A stretch of DNA of 64,000 bases, taken from assembly GCA_964270895.1 (NCBI GenBank), contig OZ185443.1; one strand, written 5' to 3'. Under the pieces are notes generated by a model. The model worked only from the letters and a program-made list of their open reading frames with translations. It was not told the DNA's origin and made no database searches. A program made the translations under genes and the position numbers. The DNA is from Podarcis filfolensis (lineage: Eukaryota). Positions 1 through 13,714 of the stretch are shown in pieces (within the stretch, counting starts at the first letter, position 1; each line of letters opens with the position of its first letter).

Positions 1-89
1 CTGGAATTCACCATGCACACCTCCCTCATTCTCTTAGAATGGCAATGGCACCCACCTGAGAGGGGCCGGAACTGAATTCCGACTGAAAA

Positions 90-545
90 AGCCCTGGTAG
101 ACTATTTTCAGAGTAGTATGTCCCAAATGTACATAATAAAGAATGTAAGCTTATTCTGGACAGTGATAGCAGCACAGAGTCATCAGCATACGGGAGCAGA
201 GCAGAGGAATTCTGATAGACAATGGAGGGGCATGAGCATCAACATTATGGAGACAAGGGGCCAAATAATGTATAAATAAATTTAAAAAGAAAGGAGACTC
301 AAATAGAGCCCTGCCTGACACCCTTAGAGCAGGAATTAAATTAGAAACCTGTCCATGCTATCCACATCTGAATTGGCTGAATGTTTGGTTATATAGACAT
401 CTGATGATGAATAGTAAATGTTTACTCATCAATGTTTTATATAATGTAGACCACAGCAATTCCCCTGAGAACAAATCAAAGGCATACCTATATCAATAAA
501 GGGAGTGAAAAGCTTACCACCAGAAACAGAACCACACTACGCAAT
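90..545 (-). mobile_element. Degenerate non-LTR retrotransposon reverse-transcriptase fragment (RTE-X-like; clade uncertain)
   Basis: Manual minus-strand translation across frameshifts and stops gives ordered RT motifs: FID..AFD...ELLWSTL...LLFIIRCLY, KGVRQG, FLNLFIHYLAPCLHNVDAHAP, YADDSVLLSLS. Confidence 0.8.
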
Positions 546-2942
546 TTCACAGTGGTGGTTTATAAAGCAAAATTACATTTGAAAAGGAAGAACCTTTTTG
601 AGTGTGAATCTCCATCCAGTGTTTCCAATTAACATCCAGTATTTCCTTTTCATAAGCCAGCAGTTCTTTGATTCCCTCTTTGCACTCTAGCCCACACTTA
701 AACACAATAAATATCCTCCCACCCCAGACAAGAGTAATGTAACTTTAGCAGTAGGTCAAGAATTAGGTGACTTTCCAGGCAGTGTCATTAAGACCAACCT
801 AAATTGTCTGGGTATAATGAATAACTCCATCTTAAATCCATGGAACTCCATTAACTGCTCGATGGCGCCTTTCAAGGTATTAAAACCTACCAGCAATGCA
901 GACGAATTTATATTATATCTTTAAGGCTACAAGAGTATTAGGAAGAATGCCAACAAGATGAGCCACCATGTGTTAAGGATTAGCATTCTGTTTGTCACAT
1001 TCAGATCACCTGACTCTGCTTTGCAAGCATGCTACCTCCAATTGTCACTGATTGTACAGTGAATTTGTCCAAACTCCAAACCGATAGCTTTGTTTCCATA
1101 GAACAGTATACTAAATTTCCAATCCAAGGCAAAAAATAAGTTAAAAGACCATGTTCCCACCTGTATTTTTGGACTATAACCCCAGTGGGAGAGATTATTT
1201 GTTATCTGATCAACTTGCTTTCTCGGATGAACAGAGACAAAGCCTGGGTAGGGCACTCAAGAGGCAAGTGATAGAATTATGGGGATCCAGCAGGTAATAT
1301 ACTAATGTTTTTCATGTATTCTACTGACACAGGAGGGAGTTTACATGCACATGCACTGACCACACTCATGGAAACCACATTTCTGCTATCAGTGTGAAAG
1401 AGCATCATGTGTGTCTTTGTAAGGCTCCTTTGTAAGGCTGAAAATCACCAGAGTTGCTGGGGAAACCCAGTCAGATGAGCGGAATCCAAATAAATTGTTG
1501 TTGTTGCTACTTGTGGACACCTGTACATCTGTACTTCACATTGAAACACACAGCTGCTGTGGAGTTGTGACTACTGTGTGCATGTCTGTGTGCGGGGGTT
1601 GTCATTTTTAAGTACAGAGCAAGTCTTTTAAAAGAGGCCCCGTGGGTACAGAGTACACTGTATGATTCCACTTCCCCCTCACATATACATACAAGTCTTA
1701 TTTGCAGGTCAAGAAAGTTACTGTGTTCTTTCAGTGCCAGCCAAAGTTAGAATATTCTACTAGCAAATAATATATCTCTTATTTACTTGATATTTTATAC
1801 CAGCACTCAAATGTGTTTGATTTTTACAGTACTGCAAGCAGACTACTTTTGCAGCTGGGTTCAGGATGTTCATAAGAATGTATCTTTCTTTTTTGTGGGA
1901 AAGTTCAAGAACAGCTTATCTACTTCAGATTATTTCTTGTGCATTTTCCAGTGAAACAAACACATAAGGTCAGCATCTGCTTAATGTTATGACTCCTTTA
2001 TGTAGTATAAGGGACTAAAAGTATACCCTGAAGACAATCCCTCTGCGCTTAAAAACTTAACATGAAAGTGATGAAATGAAGCTTCCTGTGCAGACATATA
2101 TTAAGAAAGTAAGTTTAAAAACAAACGGAGAGAGGACAGAGTTTGGGAAGTTGTAGCAAAATGGTCAAGGAATAATTTCTAGGACACTGTCAGGCTTTAA
2201 TGTTTGTACATACAAATCATGAAATGGAATGGCTTTAGGCTGCAGTCCCAGCCTAGAAGCAAGTTCCACTGAATTCAATGGAACAAATATTTCTGAACAA
2301 ATAGGATTGGATTATACTATAAAGCATTTCAAAGTAAGGTCGAGTTTGCATAATACACTTATGAGGAAAAAAGCTAACACATTAAGGACTCTCGCACCTG
2401 CTCTTAGCCACCTTTTATCTCCTTTGACAGGGCACTTTTACACTTGAGGGGTCTCAAAAAACTTGTTACGTGTAAGAAAGGGAGACACAACTTTAAGGGA
2501 AGACCCATCAGATACAGCTTTGTGCATAAAGGTTGGGTTCAGTCTTCAGCATCTCTAGTTGAGAAATCACAGAAAACAGGACTAGGAAAGGCCTTCACAG
2601 AGACTTTGGAGAGCCACGGATAGCTGGAGCAGACATATGTTCTGGGATATATGAGTCATTGGTCTTAGAAGAAGAGAGCTTGCTATGGTTAACTTTCCTC
2701 ATGACGTAAATCCTTGAGTTTCCTTTAGAGTCAAGATGATAACTTGTAAAATGAGGAAGAGGCCTCTGAGTTCAATATGATGGGTGTTGTCCCCCTAATA
2801 TTGCAGCAGTTCAAGGGTTGTAATCAACCAAGTCCTACTCAAAGTAGACCCACTGAGAGGAATTCAACATCACATTCTTTTGATCTTTCCATCAGTTCAA
2901 GCATTTCTGCTTGCCAGATACATTTGTATATGTTATCTTCAC

Positions 2943-3130
2943 TAGTATATTCACTTTTTATTAATAATATGCACATTTTTTAAAAATCATTGATTCAAAT
3001 ATTGCATTGCAACATTCAGATAAGTGTGAATTTTGAAAACTGGCTATGTTTTGGTTCTCATACTGTTTCAGAAAGTGAAAAGTTGATGAATTCACCTTTA
3101 AATGTAAACTGAACTGAATTTCTCCCCCAG
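2943..3130 (-). repeat. Fragment of an AT-rich lacertid interspersed repeat (non-autonomous, DNA-transposon-like)
   Basis: Reverse complement shares the 'aaaattcacacttatctgaatgttgcaatgca' core with the copies at 16040-17095, 31440-32075 and 42960-43480. Confidence 0.6.
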
Positions 3131-5824
3131 CTCTAGAAAAGACTAAGGAACATATCATCACTCTCATGCATCTTGTGATAGAACAGTGCTGTTGACAAGA
3201 ACAATACTGGTGACAAAATCTTAAGAGGGATTTATTTTGTTTCGATTATAATTTTCTCTGGTAGTGGTTAATGTGTTTGTGCCCATCTGGAACTTTTTTT
3301 CTATCAGATTAAGACTGCTGATAAGCCACAATGATGCAAATCTATGAGTTTGTGCTTAGTTTTCTCAGGAATTGGCTTTTCCAACCATTCATTTATTGGT
3401 AAGTTGATCATGTGAAGACTGCTGCAATTTCTGCACATTTTACACTGTGTAAATATCAAGAGCCCAGAATTGAAGACTGGCCTAATAGCAATGTTGCTTT
3501 TAATAAAAGGCTGTGATCCTTAGCATGATGTGGATTACTGATAGTCTGGTAAAATGAAGCAAACTAATTGTAAGCTGATTTGCCAGTTGCCTTCATGAGA
3601 CTAAACTGCTGTTATTTACACCAAATGCGGTCAAGTATCCCTTTAATGCAGACATGGATTACACACATTCAGTGCAAGACAACATAATCCAGAAAGCACA
3701 CTGAAATGTAACAGAAAGTCCGACAAAATCAGAAGCCAGCTGTTGGGTGCTTGCAATTAATTTGGTAGCTGCCTTGAAGGTTTTTAATGAAGGATCAGCA
3801 ACCAAGAAATGACACAATACAGATCATGATCGCAATGACCAAAAAATTAAACATTTTATTGCATTGTTGCATGTAAGCAGAAAATTTAAGATCAATTTAA
3901 ATTTAAGATCAATTTAAGCAAAGCAAAACTTAACCGTGACTATTTTTGCTGTTTACTTGTGTGATTCTTTGAATCTTCTTTCTTTAGTGAGGACATGAAA
4001 AACAATTTTCAGTTATTTCTCTCCCCCCTCAAGTCATTATAAGAAATCTGCTATATGTTCTCCGGTGGTTTCCCCCTCTCACTTCTGTCAATGCATTTAA
4101 GAGAAAAATAGAATTGCAATCACTGTAAAACAAATTCCAGGAATGACAATTTTGGGTGCTGTTCTTGCCTGTTCTGTTGAAAGCCAAAGGTTGAGGAACT
4201 CAAAATTCAGTTCAGCTGGCTTTGATTATTTTTTTTTAAAAAAAGAGGCAGATAGCATAAAATATTAAAGTGTTTAACAATCTGAAAGTAGGGGATTTGA
4301 ACACATAACTTATGCACTGTAAAGATCTGCATGCCTTACCTTAGTGCTGTACTTTATAGCACATAAAATGTTAGGGGTTAACAATATAATCCTATGTATG
4401 CCTACCCAGAACACACAGACCTCAATGTGAGTATGGCTGTTTTAATAGGATCATATATACTCATAGCAAGCTCAGCTAGTGTGTGCCAGCCAAAACAGGA
4501 TTACTGAAAAGCAAGAAGAAAGTATAAAAATGCTTATAGGAACTCAAAGGTTCGCAGAACTACATCTTTAGGGGGGAAATTAATGGTAAAGCCACAGAAT
4601 GCTGATTGTCAAGGTGCTGGGGAAGGGGAGAGAACAGAATGAAGTCCCCTCAGAGAGAGTTATGTGTAGCTGTTTAGCATCAACCCTGAACACAAACATT
4701 ATATACTGTAACATTTTCTTGAAGATCCCAAACATATGTGCCTCCTCATGAGAGAGATGACTTCTTCTCTTCTAAAAGGGAACAGGGCGTGGCAAATGTA
4801 TCCCCCACGTCAAACCAAATTTTTTAACATGGACTTGCTTGGTCACCTGTATTATTGAAAATGTAGGCATACGTGTGTGTTTCTCTGCCACATTTTCTAA
4901 TGTCTGGTAAAGTTCTGGGGTTTATCCTGGAGTAAGGTTTCAGGCAATTTCCCATGGGTTACTTGGACACCTGCATTTTCCCTTAGAGCAAAGGGGGAAG
5001 AGGGGACAAGTTCACACTTGAAAATAGATAGGCATAAAATAGCCTGAGACGAGCTCCCAATTTTGCCTGTTCTGCAGTCACCTAGTTTGCCTTGGATTTA
5101 ACACGAGGGATGGGGACAGAAAGTACAACTGATTCACTTTCCTGATCTCCGTGCATATTATTATTAAATTCATATGGGTGGTCACCAATAACATCCTCAG
5201 GGTGTCTTTCATCTTCATGTCTGCCACTGCCACAAATTATTTACTTTATAAAAATTGTAGTACGGCTCCTTCAGAATCAGAATTTCTCTCTTTCCATCCT
5301 TATATTAAAATAATGTTTCTAGCCATCATCGATGAAGGCTACACTTTAGAATGGATCCAAAATGAGACATCTTCACTGTAGATAGTGATCTGTTCACAGT
5401 TCCTTCAGTAACTCATATTAACACCTGATGTCCCATGCTGTCTTACTGTTGTTATCCCAATCATTAGGTTTTTTTCCTGCTATCAGGACATCACAAAATA
5501 GAGTAACTACATTCCAAAATTCAGCAGCTATTACATTACATTACAGGTTCAATTCCTGTAAGGAAGAGCTGCATATTCCTGAACTTTGGGGGGGGGTGAC
5601 CCTTAGGGTCCCTTTAAACTCAGCTTGAAAGAGACTGAGAGAAGGAACTTCCTCTCACAATTTATGATGATTAAGTGGCAACATACCATCTGACAATGAA
5701 CTTTTTTTTTTTGGTCAACTTGCAAAACTGCAAAAAGAGGGCATAATTTATTGTGCAGAACTGCTGGAATTTCAAGGATTTGAGCTACGAACCTTTTTCC
5801 TATGTCCACCCTTCACCTTCTCAG

Positions 5825-6036
5825 ATCCAAAACACAAGCTTATTACCCTCCTACAAAAGCCAGAGGAACAGAAGGAGCTCTGAAAGAACCACCGTCGTCT
5901 GGTAATTCAGTCTCCAACATGATGCGTTTGAAAGATAAATGGCCAGATAATCAAAGATGCTTCTCTAGTCAAAATCTACACGGACAGTGTGCAAATAATC
6001 CTGTGGAAGATAAAGCACCTATTACCAGCACAGAGT
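5825..6036 (+). other. Candidate internal exon, product unidentified
   Basis: Acceptor cttcaccttctcag| and donor |gtaagt; one open frame (SKTQAYYPPTKARG...PITSTE). No homology recognised. Confidence 0.2.
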
Positions 6037-6674
6037 GTAAGTCCCTCTAAGCAAGGTTTCGCCTGTGCGAATGACTGATACCATCTGGAAGCAGAAGATT
6101 GACAAGCCAGAAGACAGTTAAAGATAACAACAGGGCACCTGAGATTCACTGAGGGAATTTATCACTGTCACAGTGTGCGATAAGTGGCACACTGCAAGTG
6201 TTTCCAGGCTTTAATGGTTTCCCCTTCCCCACTCTCCTTAGTCTCATTTTTTTTTTCAGATTCCCCAGGCTTACTTCACATACAAGTAATGCAATGAGGT
6301 CACTTTATTCCAAATTGTAGCTTTATTTTGTGTGCGTTGTTGTTGTTTTATAAAATGGATGCAATTGGCCTATTTTACTATTTCACAACAGAGAGAAGGT
6401 GATCATGAGAAAAAAACAATTCCAAGTCCAAGGAGGAAAGAAAGCAAGAAATTGTATCACTAAAATGCTGAGGGATACTTTACAATCTCATTAAATGGCA
6501 GTAAGTGCTTGCCAACCTCAGAGAAACCAATGCCAGGGGAAAGCATGTGTGAAACAGAGCTTCCTAATCTTCTAGGTACCTTACATTTTGTTTTCCATAT
6601 TCAAATCCCAATTTAAGACTTCTTTTTTTGGTGTGCTTTAGCAGATGGGGCTAAATACATCCAGTTCCAGGGTG

Positions 6675-6785
6675 TTTAAAGCAGAGGCTGGACAGCCATC
6701 TGTTGGCGGATGCTCAAGCTCCAGCTTTCCTCTACTGAACAGCGCCATACAAAGATCCCTCCAACTCCATGGTTCTGTGAAAGCA
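6675..6785 (+). mobile_element. Old CR1 LINE 3' end remnant
   Basis: tttaaagcagaggctggacagccatctg...cctccaactccatggttctgtga resembles a CR1 3' terminus; compare 49944-50060. Confidence 0.6.
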
Positions 6786-7152
6786 TAGCTTTCAAAAATC
6801 CTAAATTGGAAGTACGCATTGCAGTTTTGAAAAAGATTTGGTACTGATCTCTTTGCAACCTGAGCTTTTAAATCACCATTGGATGTTTGTTTTCAAATTA
6901 TTTGTGACAGATTTGGGATTCCTCATGGACACATGTGAATGGTGTTGGAATGTTACGGGCTTCCTTGATATTCCTTTCCTTTCCCTGTCAAACAGAATAC
7001 CTATCACGAGCACAAACAGTGGTGATGATGGCAATGTTTTGTATGCTACTATTCTGGTGTGTTTTTTTGCTACTGTTTAGCTTCACTTATGTATTTAGGC
7101 TAGCCTGATCATAGTGCTTTATACAATGTTGTTTGGTTTAAGATGTTAAATT

Positions 7153-7504
7153 GTTGTTGTTTAGTCGTTTAGTCGTGTCCGACTCTTCGTGACCCCATGG
7201 ACCAGAGCATGCCAGGCACTCCTGTCTTCCACTGCCTCCCGCAGTTTGGTCAGACTCATGTTTGTAGCTTCGAGAACACTGTCCAACCATCTTGTCCTCT
7301 GTCATCCCCTTCTTCTTGTGCCCTCAATCTTTCCTAAATCAGGGTCTTTTCCAGGGAGTCTTCTCTTCTCATGAGGTGGCCAAAGTATTGGAGCCTCAGC
7401 TTCACGATCTGTCCTTCCAGTGAGCACTCAGGGCTGATTTCCTTAAGAATGGGTGCATTTGATCTTCTTGCAGTCCATGGGACTCTCAAGAGTCTCCTCC
7501 AGCA
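7153..7504 (-). mobile_element. RTE-BovB LINE, 5'-truncated
   Basis: BovB 3' end with (CAA)n tail; near-identical to 21003-21350; TSD ATGTTAAATT at 7143-7152 and 7505-7514. Confidence 0.93.
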
Positions 7505-7864
7505 ATGTTAAATTAGTGTTGTGCTGATATTTGTATTGTATTTGTTTTGTTTTTACAATGCACAGATTGATTTTTGCTGTACCTACTGATATTGTGATTT
7601 ATAATTATGGCTTCTAATGTTTTTGAATTGTTATACTTCCATTTGATATGTTGTGAGCCACTTTGGACACAGTGTTGTGGGAAAGTGGCATACAATAAAC
7701 AGATGATGATGAAATAGTAGTCACCTCTGTGGGCATTCTACCAAAACAATGAGCTAGATGGAGCAACAATCTGACTCAGTATAAGGCAGTTTTCCTATGT
7801 TCTCATGTTCATGTGACCAGAACCATGTACACCCAACATTTTTGCTGGATATATAATTGTACAA

Positions 7865-8160
7865 TATCCATTCTTAAGGAAATCAGCCCTGAGTGCTCAC
7901 TGGAAGGACAGATCCTGAAGCTGAGACTCAAATACTTTGGCCACCTCATGAGAAGAGAAGACTCCCTGGAAAAGACCCTGATGTTGGGAAAGATGGAGGG
8001 CACAAGGAGAAGGGGACGACAGAGGACAAGATAGTGTTCTTGAAGCTACCAGCATGAGTTTGACCAAACTGCGGGAGGCAGTGGAAGACAGGAGTGCCTG
8101 GCGTGCTCTGGTCCATGGGGTCACGAAGAGTCGGACACAACTAAACGACTAAACAACAAC
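7865..8160 (+). mobile_element. RTE-BovB LINE, 5'-truncated
   Basis: Encodes SILKEISPECSLEGQILKLRLKYFGHLMRREDSLEKTLMLGKMEG; tail actaaacgactaaacaacaac; TSD ATAATTG(T/C)ACAA at 7853-7864 and 8161-8172. Confidence 0.93.
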
Positions 8161-11100
8161 ATAATTGCACAAGTGGAGTTTGTGTGCATGTATGCTCTGT
8201 TAACAAGACTCAATGCGCACAGAACGACAGGGCCAGAAACTGTGATACTGATCACACACTGAGAAAGAGGAGTCACTACCACAAACAACTCTGGAGCCAA
8301 CTGATGATTCCCACGTAATCCTCCCCCTATGGTGTGGGCAGGGAGGTCCCTCCCCGTACCTGTCCTGATCACCTGGAAACGCCTCCCCGGGCGGGATTGG
8401 ACAACTGGCTGGGGTAGGCGGAGACTTCCAGGTATCCCACCTAGGATCCAGGGGGCTGCACGCAACCACGCAAAGGGTGGCCCCCACTTAATGTGTGGAG
8501 TGGTCATTATGTGGGCAGCTTCATAGACATTCTACTTCCAATACATCTAGAGTGAAAATATTAATTATTACAATTCACCTCTGCTGGATTCATCTCTACT
8601 GGATTATGTTCACCTGAGCAGACCTCAAAAATGCATTGTGCTACCAGAGTTTTGTGGTGGCTCAGAGCAGATGCCCTCACAACACACTAGAATAATAACA
8701 TGTGTGGTCCTCAAAGTTAATATATTGCTTTTGCTTTTTTCAGAATGCTTCTGCTAGTGCTTCAAAGAGCAGAACCTTCACTGAGGGCATATTACACATT
8801 ACCTTAATTATGTTTATATTGAAGGCAACTTTAGGAATTCTATAGGGAAATAGGCTTAAATTGTCTCACACTGCTCAATAATCAGTATATGTGCAGCAAC
8901 TTGAAGAAAAACCTGGAGGGGGAGTGGGAAAAAAACCCAGCCAATCTCTTGCTGCATTTGCTATTGAGCAGGTCAAGTACAAAGGGGCAGTAAATATTTA
9001 CAAGCATCTTGGTGGAGCTCCACAATAAGGTATTATTTACTAGGAGCAGTGTAAGCAGACTTGCTGTGCATAATGGGACTCTAGCATAGCACAGTCAGGA
9101 TATTAATTTGTATGAATAATGAATGTCATGCTACCGTGGTAGCAAGAAGTCTACTTCACGGTGAAACTAGGGAACCTGAAATGTGATCCTTCTCCCTAAT
9201 TAAGTTGAGGGTTTCTTCCATTTTTTTTAATTATATGATTTTAAAAGCTATGCAAAATTTATCACAGAATTCCCCATCTCTATGAGTGAGTATTTCTACT
9301 TTTTAGAAGACAAACAGTTCTATAGCCAGGCAAAGATGTAATGTAACACATAAATATGTTAAAACAGACAAATGCACATAAATTTGAATTGTATGTGCAG
9401 CCTTAGCACTCACAGAGTCTTTCAGTAGTGGGGATGGGGGCTAGATGTGCAACCTATCTAAACAATAATATCCCAGTTCTTCTGAGACTACTTCTTATTT
9501 AACAAGGGGATAATTATTATTTTTAAGTTGGAGATCTCCAGATTTCTACATCACTATTGCTACATTTTTTTATCTATTGTACCTGCAAGGAAATCGGGTG
9601 CGGGGGGGGGGGCATCAATACTGGGACAAATTAAAAAGGCAGTCAGAAGGGACTCCAAATACCTGAGCTCTCCCTGCAGATGTTGGGGTTGACCAGCATG
9701 CTGCACAATGTTGAGGCTGGCTCAAGGAGGCACCACTCTGTTCGACCCTTGACATGCTAGCTAATGCATGGTAGGAACATATACACTGGACCTCTGTTTC
9801 AAGTGGAACAAAAAGAAATCTCTATTTGCGCCCCGCCAACCAGGAGACAGAGTGGGAGCATGAACAAATGCAAAACACAAACAATGTTGGCTTCCCTTGG
9901 TAATTGTTATTCATTATTGAAGAGTAGAACTGTTTGGTTGAAAGGTATGCAAAAATGGCATGTGCCAGCAATTTTAATAAATCTGAGTTAGGTATGAGAA
10001 GTTTGGAATACATAGCTCTACCAGACCCAATTCAGCCATATCACCTCGAGACGAACAAAATGGTAGTTATCGCAAGGCAAAATCTTTCCTCATCATTTTT
10101 TTCAAGTGAAATGTAAGATACATATTTTATTAAATTTATTTTTTTAAGCTACAAAAATAAACATATCGAAACTAAATGTTCACATTAGGAAAAAGTGACA
10201 CATGGCCTGCTATATTCTTGAAATATTCTATATTCGTTCCAGAACATTGTGAACATTGCTCATTGCTTATAATAGCTTGAATAACTCCTTCCTGAACTTG
10301 CATTTAAAATATTAATTTCCACAAATCCATACCTCTGTCACTCAGATGGGAACATTTTGTCCAAATTTCACTGCTGGGATGAAGTCCATGAGACCTTCCA
10401 GCTCCTATGGGGGTTGTATTTGGCTGCCAATGAAAAGGAGTCATGTGTGACCATATTTGGGACATGTCATAGCATCACATTGGCCTCTTTCCTTCAGACA
10501 CAGCAGCACACACATGGGCCTCATTTAATGACATGGAATTAAATGGCTGTCAGTGTTGACTGAGTAGGAATTTTGGGGGTGCTCCTTTTTCACCTACTCC
10601 ATACAAATATTGATTTGGCTTGGATGGATTTGATGCAGCTGTTTGGCTTACTGTCCTAACTTATAGCGCATAGTGTGCATAGGAAAGTTAGTTGTATCAT
10701 TGCCATGGTAAATGCCTGAAGGCACCTGAAGTGAACAGCATTTGAGCAATCAACTTCACCGTACCACTCAGCTCATATTGACAGATGCTCTTGGGCACTG
10801 TAACCTTTACTGTGCTGAATGCTAACCAGCATGTGTAGGGTGGATAACAAGAGCCCCTTTCTGCTCACCTTCACAGTGAGTTGGCAATGAAACTTCCCCT
10901 TCTGGCTATAATGGTATGGAGGATTGAGCCAGGGTGATGTTACCCTTATGAGAAGATACAGGGATTGTACTTCAGTCGTCTCAATCTAGAGCAGCCCTCA
11001 GAACTACTTTAGCTTAGGTTTGGATGCTGCAGGTTCTTTATAGATTAATCAATGGTTTTGTGACCTTTCATCTGTATTTTTTCCTCATGGGGAAAGAATG

Positions 11101-12134
11101 GGGGCAATGGCGGGATCCCTAAATTTGCATAACTGTTCTGAAATAAGTGATGAAAAATACTTTCCCCAATTATATGCAATGTACATTTTAACTGCTATTA
11201 ATAAACTCACACTTCCGTGCTAGTCTTTTCAGACATTATATAAGTAATATAGCAAAGCACAGAGTGAATTGTTCAGACATAAGATGTCTGATGATGTGTT
11301 GAGTGATGTTGAACTATAATCATCTCAATCTATATAATCTTTGATGACAGGGGGAACTCGTTCCTATGCGCACACACCCACAGCTTCACACCTCCTTTTG
11401 TCCTTTTCATATTTGAACTTGATAGAAAGGATAATTTCTTAAAACTTGTTGCGTCTTATGCAGTCAGGCAAGAATTATAAGAGGGAAAATAATGTAAAAA
11501 CAAAAAGGAGAGGAGATACAAGATTCATGTTGATTGTTATAGTAGACATGGACACATGTTTACAATGTTTTTTAAACATTTGTGTACAATAATTTAATGG
11601 AAATGTGTGCAGATTTTTAAAAACATAGCTGCAAAAAACCACTATGTAGCTAATCACAGAGTTAAAAGAAAAAAAGAGGAGGTCTTAGAAAGGAATTATA
11701 AAGTGATTAACTACTTCTTTCTCAATTCAGTCACTGAATCATAGGACACGGCATAGTAGAATAACCAACAATGTGATGGAAAATTATATTTTCGTTCACA
11801 ACTTTTTGCTCAACTCTGAACAAGAGCTTTATTTGTTCATTCATTCAGGATATTTATAATTCACCCTTTATCCAAATGAGCACTATAAGCAATTCTCCTA
11901 TCAAAGAAGTCTCACTATTTATTTCCATCATACAATGCATCAGGTATGGTAGACACTTGGAAGGTCAACAGTAATCCCCTTCATTTGTTGAAAGTATTTA
12001 TGAGGACCTTCAGGAACAAGCCAGATAACACTGCTCTTGCAAATGCTCTCATGGGTCATTAGTGAATGTAAGTTGGGCATGTAAGGTGTGACTCTATCTG
12101 CATATCGGGGGTGGAGGGGAGTATAAGGTAGAGT

Positions 12135-12256
12135 TAGCCAATGCAGTGATCTCCAGATGTTGGACTAAAACTCCCATCCCTGAACATTTCCCATACTGAC
12201 TGGGGCGATGGGAGTTGTAGTACAACATCTGGATAACACCACATTGGCCACCACTG
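12135..12256. mobile_element. Short palindromic hAT-like MITE (degenerate copy)
   Basis: ctccagatgttggactaaaactcccatc...gatgggagttgtagtacaacatctgga; same family as 51584-51719. Confidence 0.7.
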
Positions 12257-13013
12257 GTCTACAGTATCTCAAAAATGAAGGAGGAATTCTGGAACAATCT
12301 GTGTTGGTATATGCATAATGTCTCTTCATACAGCCACTGACTGTTTTTCATTCATTTACTGACCAATTTCCTGGTAAGTTTTGAAATAATGGTAGTGGTT
12401 CATTCTGCAGTCATGGAGGACTAATTAAGTTGGCCTGCATTCAGAGATCATCATGATGCAGGGCTCTGCCTCCCTATTCTCAAGGTAAGAGGCTATGGAT
12501 TCAGAGGTTACATCTGGCTAGAAAGAGAATGTGCCTCTTGAACCAAATTGTGACTCCTTCTCAGAAGTTCCAACACCAGAGAGCCTTTCTTGCTTGAATA
12601 TGAAGCTATAGTAGAACCATGGTAACCTCCTCCCTATGTGTGTGGCTCAGCAACTGCATCCCAGTTATGGACCCATCCACCACCACCTCCTGGAGGGTTG
12701 GCAGTTATCTACTTTCACAAGCTTTCAATGCTTATTGCTGTTGGTTAATTGCATTTTAACTTATGGTTACAAAGCTTGAGATAACTTGTAATGAAGGGTG
12801 ATATAAAGAGTCAAACATGCAAGTAAGTAAATAAATAACAAGTTTATGCTCCCCTAAAAAGTGTCCCCCCATTCTTGGTTCAACATGTTGTCCAGTGTTA
12901 TCCCCCATCTCCTACTTTTTTTTGCGCTAAGATTCCCGCATGTTTAGACTTCTGGCAACTCACTTCATGTAGATCTTATGGCAAGTTGACTGGGGTGAGG
13001 AGTGGGAAATTAC

Positions 13014-13099
13014 CTTGCAGTGAGCAATAAAATAGTTGCTTCAATCCAACAGGGAATCATATAAAATTTAAAATAATGACTCTCGATGAAATTCACATA
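13014..13099 (-). other. Candidate internal exon, product unidentified
   Basis: Minus-strand acceptor gccttttgctgactctgcacag| and donor AG|gtaatt; 86 nt, open only in frame 0 (YVNFIESHYFKFYMIPCWIEATILLLTA); phase-compatible with 14456-14589. Confidence 0.2.
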
Positions 13100-13714
13100 C
13101 TGTGCAGAGTCAGCAAAAGGCTATACTAAAGAAAACTTATTCCTAAATTCAAAATGAGGACCTATGCAGCGAAGTATTGAGATACTTCCTCAGAGGAGCA
13201 AATTTTACACTACAGGAACAGCAAATTGAATGCCACTTTAGCTACCAGAGACTACTTTCAGAAGAAAGTAAAAGGAATATAATAAAGACAGGCAGGGTGG
13301 CTACACAGGCTATAACATTTTGGTAATAATAGTAGAATGAGGGCAACTAATCTGGTATCTTCCATTAACAGTAACTTGAGAAAAAGACCAATTTTATCCT
13401 GAAAGAAATATATGGTCTCTGAAAATAAAACTTGTCTGAAGCAGCTCTCAATGAGATATGAAGACCAATTCTTAAGTGTTTTTTATACTACCATTTGGTG
13501 TAGTCATCACACAAGAATAGTATGTGTTTACCTCAAAAACAAAAAAAATGTAATGCATTTCATGTGGGGCAATCCATGAAAATTGTTTTAACATTGCAAC
13601 TGGTTCAGAAAGCTGCCACTCAATTGGTATTATTCCAAGACCAAAGAAGCTAAACCCGGCACCAGTTTGTTTTCTGGTGCAGTCTGTCATGCTCATAAAT
13701 GCCAACTGCTGGAG

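Noticed and set aside
7189-8140. ORFs such as MTPWTRARQALL... recurring in the track
   Set aside because: Antisense or alternate frames of BovB copies, not host genes.
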